DNA from: a virus
Lineage: Duplodnaviria > Caudoviricetes
Direction: 5' to 3' (one strand)
Length of the DNA: 64,000 nucleotides
Virus record (IMG/VR): IMGVR_UViG_3300032280_000642
Coordinates: 86,391-150,390 of that record
In this document: positions 9,289 to 18,597 of the stretch, one piece after another
How positions within the stretch are numbered: the stretch's first letter is position 1
Layout of the letters: every line of letters starts with the position of its first letter
Made by a program: the position numbers and the translations under genes
The notes under the pieces: model-generated
Told to the model about the DNA's origin: nothing
Databases searched by the model: none
The model's input: the letters and a program-made list of their open reading frames with translations, nothing else

Positions 9289-10254
9289 ATGGCAAAGAAA
9301 CATGTCAGTGATGAAGACGACGACTTCGAAAATGACTTCGATGAGATTGAAGATTTTGAAGGTCCTTCTATGGAAGAATTTGATGAAGAAGATTCTGATG
9401 ATTCCAGTGACTCTGGTTTAGACTTTGGTGATGATGAGGATTTAGATATAATCATTGAAATAGATGAAGATGATTTAGATCTTGATTTAGAACCAGAAGT
9501 AGAGAAAGTAATTGACACTATTGAAGAGGATATTGTTTTGTCTAAACATAAAATAGAAGGAAAACACTCATTAAAGTATGATTCAATCTTTAAAGGTAAG
9601 AAAGAGGAAGCAGTTGATGAAGACGATACTTCAGATTTATTCTCCGGTTATTACAGAGAAACAATAGAAGTGGATAAAGGTTCTAACTATCATTTTGAAT
9701 CAATTGATAATGAAATGTATATTAGAACAAAATTAGTTAAAGAAAGAGTTTATTTCGTATTAGGAGAACATACTGCAATAAACTTCTTGAATAACAGAAG
9801 AAAACCATCAAGAGTAGATTTTAACAATTATTACTCTTTATTAAAAATTCATCTTAAAGATGAAAGCTTTACAAATGTTGAACTTTTTAATGAACTATCA
9901 GTTTACTTTTCTGATAATTTATTCAATATGTTTAAACTATTAGATAACAAGTGGCGTAATTTAATAATTACTGAATTACAAGACCACATTGGAAAAAATA
10001 TTAATTCAAAAGATATTACAAATAGAAATATCTATGAAGGAACAGAAATCGAATTTGTTTGGGATGATCCAATTACAGAAGAAGAAAAGATTATTACTGG
10101 TGTTGTAATGGAAACAGACTACGATACTAGTACTTTTAAAGTGGATTCGTATGAAAATATCTATATTGTAGATATTAAAAATATTACGAAAATTTTAAAT
10201 AATACTAAATTCAAGTATAACCTAAACAAACTCAACAACATAGATTTTTTATAA
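9289..10254 (+). CDS. hypothetical protein with very acidic N-terminal third
   Basis: ORF between the helicase and NrdA; about 80 aa D/E-rich region. Confidence 0.75.
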   Translation: MAKKHVSDEDDDFENDFDEIEDFEGPSMEEFDEEDSDDSSDSGLDFGDDEDLDIIIEIDEDDLDLDLEPEVEKVIDTIEEDIVLSKHKIEGKHSLKYDSIFKGKKEEAVDEDDTSDLFSGYYRETIEVDKGSNYHFESIDNEMYIRTKLVKERVYFVLGEHTAINFLNNRRKPSRVDFNNYYSLLKIHLKDESFTNVELFNELSVYFSDNLFNMFKLLDNKWRNLIITELQDHIGKNINSKDITNRNIYEGTEIEFVWDDPITEEEKIITGVVMETDYDTSTFKVDSYENIYIVDIKNITKILNNTKFKYNLNKLNNIDFL

Positions 10255-10354
10255 AATAAAATTTTTTGACATTATAAAAAACCAATAAAAAAAAGAATAT
10301 TGATTTTTTTAGATTAAAAAGTATTTCAATATATAAAAAACAAAAAATTAATAA

Positions 10355-12904
10355 ATGAGCATGATAAAAGTAATGAAAAGAAATGGTAAGAAAGAGCCAG
10401 TCATGTTAGACAAAATCTTAGACAGAATAACACAACAAACTTATGGTTTAGACCAAAAGTGGATTGTTCCTTTTGAAGTTGCCCAAAAGGTAATCGAAGG
10501 AATTATGCCAGACATTCAAACTTCTGTTTTAGATCAACTAGCAATGGAGACTGCAGCATCTCTTACAACAAAACACCCTGACTATTCAACATTAGCGGCA
10601 AGATTAGCAATTACGGCATTACACAAAGAAACTAAGAAAAGTTTTTCAGAAACTGTTTCTGACTTATACAAATACGTAGATCCAAAAACTAGAAAGCACT
10701 CACCGATTGTTTCTAAAACTTTCTACGATATTGTAAAAAAACACGCAGACGAATTAGACTCTGCGATTGTACACTCCAGAGATCATAACTTTGATTACTT
10801 TGGATTCAAAACATTAGAAAAATCATATCTATTGAAACTTGACGGTAAAGTTGCCGAAAGACCTCAATATATGTATATGAGAACTGCACTACAAGTTTGT
10901 GGTGAAGACATACAAGGTGTTATCGATACTTATAACTTACTTTCAGAAGGTTATTACACACACGCTACACCAACATTATTCAACTCTGGAACAACAAGAC
11001 CACAATTATCTTCTTGTTTCTTACTTGATACAGAATCAGATTCTATCGAAGGTATTTTCAATACTTTAAAAGAATCTGCACAGATTTCTAAAAATGCAGG
11101 TGGTATTGGTATCTCTTTTACAAAAGTAAGAGCAAAAGGTACTTATATCGCAGGAACTAACGGTACTTCAAATGGTATTATTCCTTTCCTAAAAATCTTC
11201 AACGAAACTGCAAGAGCAGTAGACCAAGGTGGTGGGAAAAGAAAAGGATCTATTGCAATTTATATGGAACCTTGGCATGCAGACATTATGGACTTCTTAG
11301 ATTTAAGAAAAAATCAAGGTAAAGATGAAATCAGAGCGAGAGATTTATTCTTAGCTATGTGGACCAATGACTTATTTATGGAAAGAGTTGACTTAGACGA
11401 AGATTGGTCTTTAATGTGTCCACACGAATGTCCTGGGTTAACTGAAACTTATGGTCAAGAATTTAGAGATTTATACATTGGTTATGAATCAGAAGGAAGA
11501 TTTAAAAGAGTAGTTAAAGCTAGAGAAGTATGGAATAAAATCTTAGAATCTCAAATTGAAACTGGAACTCCTTATATCTTATATAAAGACTCTATCAACG
11601 AGAAGTCTAACCAATCAAACATTGGTGTAGTTAGAAGTTCTAATTTGTGTGCAGAAATTGTGGAGGCCACTGGAATTACTAAAGTTCAGAAAGAAATTCT
11701 TCAAAATAAAGAATTATTGGAAAGTTTAGGATTAGGTTCATTCTACGGTGAAGAATCTGTAAATGAAACTGCAGTTTGTAACTTAGCTTCTATTGCACTT
11801 CCTAAGTTTGTAAATAAAAACAAAACTTATAACCATAACAAGTTATTTGATGTTGCTTATCAAGCTACTATAAACTTAAATAAAGTTATTGATGTAAATT
11901 ACTATCCATCAGAAGCAGCTAGATTCTCAAACTTATTACATAGACCAGTTGGTTTAGGTGTTCAAGGATTAGCAGACGTATTCTTTTTATTAGGAATTAC
12001 TTATGATTCTGATGAGGCAAAATCATTAAACAAAGAGATTTTTGAAACTATTTACTATGCTTCAATTAAAGCTTCTTGTGATTTAGCTAAAGTAGAAGGA
12101 GCCTACCCAACATTTGCTGGATCTCCAATTTCAGAAGGTAAATTCCAATTTGACTTATGGGGAACAAAACCAACAAAAAGATGGGATTGGGACAAGTTAA
12201 GAGAAGACATTAAAAAATATGGTGTTAGAAACTCTTTAACTACTTGTATTATGCCAACTGCATCAACTGCATCTATCTTAGGAAACGAAGCAAGTTGTGA
12301 AGCTCAAACTTCAAATATGTACACAAGAGGTGTTTTATCTGGTACTTTTATCATTGTAAACAAATACCTTGTAAAAGAGTTAGTTAAATTAGGTATCTGG
12401 TCTGATAACATTAGAAGAAAGATTATTGCAGAGAATGGTTCAGTTCAAAACATACCTGAAATTCCTACTAATGTAAAAGAAATATTTAAAACAGTTTATG
12501 AGATTAAACAAAGAGACGTAATTGATATGGCTGCAGAAAGAGGTGCATTTATTGATCAAACTCAATCAATGAACATCTTTATGGATTCTCCAAACTTCGC
12601 AAAATTGACAGCAATGCACTTTTACGGATGGGGAAGAAGAGCTCTTATGAAAGATGAAAATGGTGTTGAAATTATCCCACAAGGAGAAAACACAGAAGTA
12701 ATCTATGATAAAGCGGGGAAACCAAGATTTTACAGAGAGAAAAAATCAGCTTTAAAAACTGGTATTTACTATCTAAGAAATAAAGCAGCAGGTGATGCAG
12801 TTAAATTCACAACTCAAGAAGAAGTGAAATCTACTGAAGATCAAATGGCAGAAATCAGTTGTTCGTTAGACAACCCAGATGATTGTTTAGCATGTGGTTC
12901 ATAA
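10355..12904 (+). CDS. nrdA: ribonucleoside-diphosphate reductase class Ia alpha subunit with ATP cone
   Basis: VMKRNG ATP cone; ATPTLFNSG..QLSSCFL; DQGGGKRKG; SNLCAEI; CNLAS; MPTASTA; LKTGIYYLR; C-terminal CLACGS. Confidence 0.97.
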   Translation: MSMIKVMKRNGKKEPVMLDKILDRITQQTYGLDQKWIVPFEVAQKVIEGIMPDIQTSVLDQLAMETAASLTTKHPDYSTLAARLAITALHKETKKSFSETVSDLYKYVDPKTRKHSPIVSKTFYDIVKKHADELDSAIVHSRDHNFDYFGFKTLEKSYLLKLDGKVAERPQYMYMRTALQVCGEDIQGVIDTYNLLSEGYYTHATPTLFNSGTTRPQLSSCFLLDTESDSIEGIFNTLKESAQISKNAGGIGISFTKVRAKGTYIAGTNGTSNGIIPFLKIFNETARAVDQGGGKRKGSIAIYMEPWHADIMDFLDLRKNQGKDEIRARDLFLAMWTNDLFMERVDLDEDWSLMCPHECPGLTETYGQEFRDLYIGYESEGRFKRVVKAREVWNKILESQIETGTPYILYKDSINEKSNQSNIGVVRSSNLCAEIVEATGITKVQKEILQNKELLESLGLGSFYGEESVNETAVCNLASIALPKFVNKNKTYNHNKLFDVAYQATINLNKVIDVNYYPSEAARFSNLLHRPVGLGVQGLADVFFLLGITYDSDEAKSLNKEIFETIYYASIKASCDLAKVEGAYPTFAGSPISEGKFQFDLWGTKPTKRWDWDKLREDIKKYGVRNSLTTCIMPTASTASILGNEASCEAQTSNMYTRGVLSGTFIIVNKYLVKELVKLGIWSDNIRRKIIAENGSVQNIPEIPTNVKEIFKTVYEIKQRDVIDMAAERGAFIDQTQSMNIFMDSPNFAKLTAMHFYGWGRRALMKDENGVEIIPQGENTEVIYDKAGKPRFYREKKSALKTGIYYLRNKAAGDAVKFTTQEEVKSTEDQMAEISCSLDNPDDCLACGS

Positions 12905-12908
12905 ATTC

Positions 12909-12941
12909 AATAAATCCTCTTTTTAAGAGGATTTATTTTTT
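12909..12941 (+). terminator. intrinsic terminator of nrdA
   Basis: AATAAATCCTCTT-ttt-AAGAGGATTTATT followed by a T run. Confidence 0.85.
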
Positions 12942-13018
12942 ACTATAAAAAATCCACCTTGGAAAAAAGCGAAATTTTCGAGGTTACTATATACATAAAA
13001 TAAATTAAAAAAAAGATT

Positions 13019-13045
13019 AAACTTTTTCTAATTTAGTAATAGAAT
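13019..13045 (+). promoter_or_regulatory. putative phage middle-class promoter for the ncRNA locus
   Basis: AAAC at 13019-13022, 17-nt spacer, TAGAAT at 13040-13045; same layout as the promoters of the replication genes. Confidence 0.55.
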
Positions 13046-13054
13046 AATATAACT

Positions 13055-13115
13055 AGTAGCAAATCTAACAGATACATCGAAATGGTATTCAACAAAACTC
13101 TGTGGATAAATTACT
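13055..13115 (+). ncRNA. candidate short Y-RNA-like RNA 1 (about 61 nt)
   Basis: Nested pairing AGTAG/TTACT, ATCT/GGAT, ACAGA/TCTGT; carries TAGCAAA..CTAA..GATACATCG; lies upstream of the Ro60 gene. Confidence 0.55.
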
Positions 13116-13144
13116 CTGGTTTTATTTATAAAAAAACGCAAACA

Positions 13145-13365
13145 TAGCAAAGTTCTAAGATACTTCGTATATTATACAACTATCAGAAAGAACGTATAGA
13201 GACGACTACTCTATGCTACCATGTAAGGGCATTAGCGCTTGCCTCTGGTCGAAAAGTCAGGAATTCATAAGTTTCCTTCAAAAATATGAGTGAGATGTTG
13301 CTTTAAATATCGGCAAAGTTAAGTAGAATTCTTTGCGTCGCTTAGGCTAATATTCTTGTTTGCTA
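13145..13365 (+). ncRNA. candidate long Y-RNA-like RNA 2 (about 221 nt, multibranched)
   Basis: Terminal stem TAGCAAA 13145-51 / TTTGCTA 13359-65; CTAAG 13155-59 / CTTAG 13341-45; 7-8 consecutive internal hairpins; GATACTTCG motif shared with RNA 1. Confidence 0.62.
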
Positions 13366-13374
13366 AATTATAAT

Positions 13375-13414
13375 AAGACCAGATTTACAGAAATGTAATT
13401 CTGGTCTTTTTTTT
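13375..13414 (+). terminator. intrinsic terminator between the ncRNAs and the Ro60 gene
   Basis: AAGACCAGA-TTTACA-GAAA-TGTAAT-TCTGGTCTT followed by a T run. Confidence 0.85.
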
Positions 13415-13446
13415 ACAAAAAAACGAAATAAAAATAAAATAATAAT

Positions 13447-14895
13447 ATGTCAAAATTTAACACAACCGTAAAAGAACCAAAAACAAAAACTATAAACCTA
13501 GCAGGTGGTGAAGCTTATTCTCAAACAAACGAATTAGCTTTAGTATCTATGTTACTAACTTCATTTGTGAATGATCAGTTCTACAAGTCTGGTAATGATA
13601 CATTAAAAGATTTAAGAAGTTTGATTAAGAAAGTAGATCCTGAGTTTGCCGCGAAAGCTGCTATTTATGCTCGTGATAAATTTGGTATGAGAAGTATTAC
13701 TCACGCTTTGGCAGGTGAATTGACATCAGAATTAAAAGGTAGTGAATTAGGTAAAAACTTCTATGACAAAGTTGTAGTTCGTGTTGATGATATGACTGAG
13801 ATTATGTCATACTACTTAATGCACAAAACAAGTAAAGACAATCCAAAGTTCCCAAACTCTTTGAAAAAAGGATTTGCAAAAGCTTTCGATAAATTTGATG
13901 CGTACCAGTTAGCGAAATATTCTGGTAAAAACAAAGACCTTAAATTGGTTGACTTGGTGAACATTGTACACCCTGTTCCAACTGATAGAAACAAAACTGC
14001 CTTAGAATTACTTGTTAAAGGTGATTTGAAAAACACTGAAACTTGGGAAGCTAAACTTTCTCAAGCAGGTCAAGTAGCCGAAAATGAAGAAGATTTAACT
14101 CAATTAAAAGCTGATGCTTGGACTGATTTAATCACTTCAAGAAAAATTGGTTATTTTGCACTTTTAAGAAACCTAAGAAATATCTTAAATCAAGCACCTA
14201 ACGCAGTTCCGGCTGCTTGTGAGTTGTTAGTAGATGAGAAAATGATTAGTAAATCAAGAGTTTTACCTTTTAGATTTGCGACTGCTTATGAAGAAATCAG
14301 TAAAATGGGTTCTTCAAAAGGAGTTAGAGAAGTATTGGTTGCAATAAACCAAGCGTTAGAGGTTTCAATGTGTAATGTTCCTAAGTTTGATGGTGATACA
14401 TTAGTTGTTATGGACGTTTCTGGATCAATGAGTGGAAGACCTTCTGAGATTGCTTCATTATTTGGTGCGATTTTAGCAAAATCTAATAATGCGGATGTTT
14501 TAACATTCGCCAACAGAGCTGATTACAAGTCATATAATCCATTGGATTCTGTTATGACAATTAGAAATAGTTTTAGATACTCTGGTGGTGGTACGAATTT
14601 CAAATCAATCTTTACAACTGCTAATAAAAAGTACGATAGAGTAGTAATACTCTCAGACCTTCAAGGTTGGATTGGTTACACAAGTCCAAGTGCTGAGTTT
14701 AAACAATACAAGAAAACATATGATGCGAATCCTTATGTTTACTCTTGGGATCTTGCCGGACTCGGCACAATGCAGTTTCCAGAAAACAATGTATTTGCTT
14801 TGGCTGGTTTCTCTGATAAAGTTTTTGACGTAATGAAGATGATGGAGATGGATAAAAAAGCTCTTTTCAATGAAATTAAAGCTATTCAACTTTAA
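13447..14895 (+). CDS. Ro60/Rsr-family RNA-binding protein (TROVE plus vWA domain)
   Basis: TINLAGGEAY, YARDKFGMRS, FDAYQLAKY, TWE..LS, ALLRNLRN, LPFRF..AY; MIDAS DVSGSMS..GGGT..ILSD. Confidence 0.93.
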   Translation: MSKFNTTVKEPKTKTINLAGGEAYSQTNELALVSMLLTSFVNDQFYKSGNDTLKDLRSLIKKVDPEFAAKAAIYARDKFGMRSITHALAGELTSELKGSELGKNFYDKVVVRVDDMTEIMSYYLMHKTSKDNPKFPNSLKKGFAKAFDKFDAYQLAKYSGKNKDLKLVDLVNIVHPVPTDRNKTALELLVKGDLKNTETWEAKLSQAGQVAENEEDLTQLKADAWTDLITSRKIGYFALLRNLRNILNQAPNAVPAACELLVDEKMISKSRVLPFRFATAYEEISKMGSSKGVREVLVAINQALEVSMCNVPKFDGDTLVVMDVSGSMSGRPSEIASLFGAILAKSNNADVLTFANRADYKSYNPLDSVMTIRNSFRYSGGGTNFKSIFTTANKKYDRVVILSDLQGWIGYTSPSAEFKQYKKTYDANPYVYSWDLAGLGTMQFPENNVFALAGFSDKVFDVMKMMEMDKKALFNEIKAIQL

Positions 14896-14896
14896 T

Positions 14897-14925
14897 TAAA
14901 AACCCACCAATTGGTGGGTTTTTTT
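14897..14925. terminator. bidirectional intrinsic terminator
   Basis: AAAAACCCACCA-AT-TGGTGGGTTTTT. Confidence 0.85.
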
Positions 14926-15688
14926 ATCTCCATATTTTTTCGAGGTTTATCTTAGAAGTCATCTCAACTACTTTACCATCTTTAATAAGTGAGTATCTTT
15001 GTATAGGAGCAAACATTGTTATAATTTTCTTAACTTTTACTATTTCTTGTGATTCCATATCAAAGTTAAAGATTTGTAAAAGGTTTTCAATTTCACTATA
15101 TTTTAAATGGTTTTTATGACCAACAAAATGAGTAAAGTCATAGAAGTAAGAATTATAAACACCTGAATTTTCTTCTGCTGATTTTATAATTAAAAAGTTA
15201 GTTAAACTATTTTCAACTCCAATTGAGGGTAATGTGTATTTATATCCATCAACTACAAAACATCTATGTTTATAATCGTAGTAGTTTATCAATTCTCCTA
15301 GTTGAAAGTAGTTAAAGTTTTTTACTCCAAATTCAATTTTTTCATTTTTATCTTGTTCTTTATCAAAATAAACTAGATTGATTGGTCTTCCTTTTGTTAG
15401 TTTAACAATTTCTAAGAAAATAAATATAACGTCAATTGATTTAAGGTCTTCATATTTATATCCTTTACTTAGGGTTATATTTCTTTCAACTATTTTCTTA
15501 ATGTAATAGATTACGACACCAACGTCATCTCTAACGTAGTTTTTTTCATAATCTTCTATATCTTTTTTACTTGCAGCCCTAACCGTTACTTCAAAGTCTT
15601 CTTTATAGAATAATCCTTGAGATGGTAACAGTTTAATATCTATCTTTCTTTTACTTACAAATAATTTTCTAAAAAATTCTATTATCAT
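14924..15688 (-). CDS. putative baseplate hub assembly protein (T4 gp26-like)
   Basis: LLPSQGLFY..VTVRA..DIE..DL...D..FIFL.I pattern. Confidence 0.45.
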   Translation of the reverse strand: MIIEFFRKLFVSKRKIDIKLLPSQGLFYKEDFEVTVRAASKKDIEDYEKNYVRDDVGVVIYYIKKIVERNITLSKGYKYEDLKSIDVIFIFLEIVKLTKGRPINLVYFDKEQDKNEKIEFGVKNFNYFQLGELINYYDYKHRCFVVDGYKYTLPSIGVENSLTNFLIIKSAEENSGVYNSYFYDFTHFVGHKNHLKYSEIENLLQIFNFDMESQEIVKVKKIITMFAPIQRYSLIKDGKVVEMTSKINLEKIWR

Positions 15689-15738
15689 ACTTTATATATT
15701 ATTTTTTAGGGGCTCATGACAGACTAATATATACTTTT

Positions 15739-16452
15739 ATGATTATAAATGGTGATTGTTATGAAGAATTATTGAAGATTGAAAGTAATTCTATTGATTT
15801 GGTTTTAATAGATCCACCTTATAACATCTCTCGAAACTCTGGATTTAAAGGTATTTCAGATAATACATCAAAAGAGATGGCTTCTAAATATAACATCTCT
15901 ATTGACTTTGGTGATTGGGATAAAAAAGAGTTAAATTGGGAAGAACTTTTTAAACAATATTACAGGATTTTAAAGAAAGGTGGTACTTTAATAGTTTTTT
16001 ATGATATATGGAAATCTAATGAATTAAAAGAAACTGCGGATTTAGTTAAGTTCAAACAACCGAGAGTAGGTTGTTGGATTAAAAATAATCCTGTTCCAAT
16101 CAACTCAAAAACAAATTACTTATCAAATGCTACTGAGTACTTTTTTACGTTTGTAAAAGACAAAAAACCGACATTTCATTCAGATTATGATAATGGATTT
16201 TACAAATATCCGATTTGTCACGGTAAAGAAAGATATGAACATCCAACACAGAAACCATTAGAATTAATGAAAGATTTAATAAAGAAACATTCTAATCCTG
16301 GTGATACTGTATTAGACTCATTTGCGGGAACAGGAACAACCGGACACGCGGCTTATTTATTAGATAGGAAGTTTATTTTAATTGAGAAAGAAGAAAAGTA
16401 CTTTGAAATTATTAAAAAAAGACTGGAGGAACTAAACAAAACTGATATATAG
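15739..16452 (+). CDS. orphan N4-cytosine/N6-adenine DNA methyltransferase (beta class)
   Basis: GDC, DPPY, HPTQKP, VLDSFAGTGTT; no restriction nuclease partner adjacent. Confidence 0.93.
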   Translation: MIINGDCYEELLKIESNSIDLVLIDPPYNISRNSGFKGISDNTSKEMASKYNISIDFGDWDKKELNWEELFKQYYRILKKGGTLIVFYDIWKSNELKETADLVKFKQPRVGCWIKNNPVPINSKTNYLSNATEYFFTFVKDKKPTFHSDYDNGFYKYPICHGKERYEHPTQKPLELMKDLIKKHSNPGDTVLDSFAGTGTTGHAAYLLDRKFILIEKEEKYFEIIKKRLEELNKTDI

Positions 16453-16477
16453 TTATATAAAAAATAAAAGTTTAAAA

Positions 16478-16879
16478 ATGAGTATGATAATTAAAAATGC
16501 ACAACTTACTAATGACACAATTTCAGCTTTAAATACTTTAATTGAATTAGATATTAAAGCAGGAGTTGCTTTTAGATTGACAAGAATAATTAAAGAATTA
16601 TCTTCTATTGTTGAAGATAAATTAAAGATGGAGAAAAAAATCTTAGACAAGTGGGTTGAGAAGGATGAGGAAGGAAATCCAGTAATTCCTAAGGGACAAG
16701 ATGGTAATCCAATTGAAGGTACTGTTAGTATCACAAATGTAGAAGAGTTCACAAAAGAAATGAGTGAATTGATGGAAATTGAAACAGAACTTCCATTTGA
16801 TAAGATTGAATTTGAAGATTTAGGTTTAACAACTGCTAAAGTTAAAGATTTAATAAAATTAGAATTCTTATTTAACTAA
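16478..16879 (+). CDS. helical hypothetical protein
   Basis: ORF with upstream AAAC-N18-TATAAA and downstream terminator at 16884-16910. Confidence 0.75.
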   Translation: MSMIIKNAQLTNDTISALNTLIELDIKAGVAFRLTRIIKELSSIVEDKLKMEKKILDKWVEKDEEGNPVIPKGQDGNPIEGTVSITNVEEFTKEMSELMEIETELPFDKIEFEDLGLTTAKVKDLIKLEFLFN

Positions 16880-16959
16880 TAACAAGTCCGACGAAAGTTG
16901 GACTTTTTTTATAAAGTAGCCCTAAATTTTTTATATATACATAAAAAGAATTTAATTAG

Positions 16960-18591
16960 ATGCCAGCTACTTTTAGCATAAACTCCGGACAATTAACTGA
17001 ATCAACTAGAAAACCAAATGTTCTTGCGGTTTTAAATGATATTCAAGATAATACACAAAAGTTAATATCTCCAAGAGATGTTAGAGATGCTTTTTTATCA
17101 ACTTGGGCAAATTCTCCTTTTAAGATAACAACACCAAACTCACTTGCAAATTATGAGTATATAGGATTAGATTCTAGTAATCCAGGTAATAGAGATATTA
17201 AACAAAAAATACTTTTAGGTAAAAGATCATATGGTAATTTAGATGTTATGAATAATTTCCTTTTAAGTTCTGAAGCCGATATATTCTTATTTAATACAAA
17301 ACCCGATACTATAACACAAAGTTCTACTAAAATTGCGATTTTATCTGGTACTAATTCTAATTTATACAAATTTGCTCCTTATATAGAGTCATATACAAAC
17401 CCTTCAGAAACTAAGACAGATCTTAATATTATTAATCCATCACAAAATGGTGCTATAAATCTTTTCTCACAAACAGGTCGAGTTTCAATTAATGATATTG
17501 TATTTCCTACAGTTGCAGAAACATTTGGTTCTGCATCAGATGGTAGAATATTAAGATATAGAGGAGTTTATCCAAGTGGTTATTTAAAATGGGAAGAACC
17601 TACTATCACACTTAATGTTATTGGTACTCCTGGGTATGCAACAAATATCTATGGTAGCACAGTTAGTTTAAATGGTTATTCATTAGAGTTTATTGAACCT
17701 GATGATGTTCCTACAACTATTGGTGGTATAGAAATGGGTGCATCATTTTCTGGTAATTCATTCTATAATGGTTCAGGTTATCAAAACTGGCCAATTACAG
17801 AGGTTCTAAAAGAACTTTTATATCCTTATACTCCACCAGTTTTAGAACTAAGTATTGTAAATAATGTAACTGGTACAATATATGCAGAGGTTGGTAAAAC
17901 TGCTTCAGCCGTTTTAACGTACAAAGTAACAACTTATCAAAGAAATGTAGCTGAGAGGATTTTTAATTATCAAGTTGTTCCTCAAACAAGTTATGTTAAC
18001 TTGTCACTTTCTGGAGTACCTGGTACTTTCGCAGGTGCAACTATTTCAGTTGCTACATATAGTGCAGGTGGTCCGGCTGGATCATTTATAAAAACTTGGT
18101 CATTAAGTGTATCTGATAGTTCACTAATAACTTTCTCATATAGTGCAACTGCTTCATTAGAATTTGTTTATCCAATCTGGTATGGTTTCACATCATCATT
18201 AATAACGAATCCAACAACACTTGGAAATATAACACCTCATTTAAGTAAGCTAATAGCACCTTATCCTGGTGCAAGTAATTCACATACATTACCATTTAAT
18301 GGAGAAGGTTATTTATACTTTATACATCATAAGGATCAAAACTGGAATAATACTTCAGTTGCTCCTGAATTTAGTGGATTACAACAGATAAAGGATCCAA
18401 ATGGATATATTATACATAATAGATTATCTCCAGAATATTCTGGATTTACAAGTTCAGAAATAAACCATCCAGTAATACCAGGTGTTGGAGGATATCCAGA
18501 ACTATTTGTAGTTTGGAGAACTAAATACCTATGTTCATATCCAGGACCGAGTGGTGGAAATGGAACAGGTGATTTTAAATTTATATTTTAA
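16960..18591 (+). CDS. putative virion structural protein (paralog A)
   Basis: S/T/G/P-rich beta-type composition; collinear with 18598..20118. Confidence 0.65.
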   Translation: MPATFSINSGQLTESTRKPNVLAVLNDIQDNTQKLISPRDVRDAFLSTWANSPFKITTPNSLANYEYIGLDSSNPGNRDIKQKILLGKRSYGNLDVMNNFLLSSEADIFLFNTKPDTITQSSTKIAILSGTNSNLYKFAPYIESYTNPSETKTDLNIINPSQNGAINLFSQTGRVSINDIVFPTVAETFGSASDGRILRYRGVYPSGYLKWEEPTITLNVIGTPGYATNIYGSTVSLNGYSLEFIEPDDVPTTIGGIEMGASFSGNSFYNGSGYQNWPITEVLKELLYPYTPPVLELSIVNNVTGTIYAEVGKTASAVLTYKVTTYQRNVAERIFNYQVVPQTSYVNLSLSGVPGTFAGATISVATYSAGGPAGSFIKTWSLSVSDSSLITFSYSATASLEFVYPIWYGFTSSLITNPTTLGNITPHLSKLIAPYPGASNSHTLPFNGEGYLYFIHHKDQNWNNTSVAPEFSGLQQIKDPNGYIIHNRLSPEYSGFTSSEINHPVIPGVGGYPELFVVWRTKYLCSYPGPSGGNGTGDFKFIF

Positions 18592-18597
18592 TAAGAA

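Noticed and set aside
10355-12904. Intein or intron in nrdA
   Set aside because: The insertions are short, in frame and lack the C/S...HN intein ends
13055-13170. The two TAGCAAA..GATAC(A/T)TCG motifs as a mini CRISPR array
   Set aside because: Only two gapped copies, each pairing with a downstream complement; no cas genes
13055-13365. tRNA genes or a canonical tRNA-like YrlA in the nrdA-TROVE gap
   Set aside because: No GTTCRA T-loop, no D-loop and acceptor geometry, no CCA; no tRNA was recognised anywhere in the window
15739-16452. Restriction-modification system
   Set aside because: No cognate restriction nuclease adjacent; an orphan protective methylase is the simpler reading
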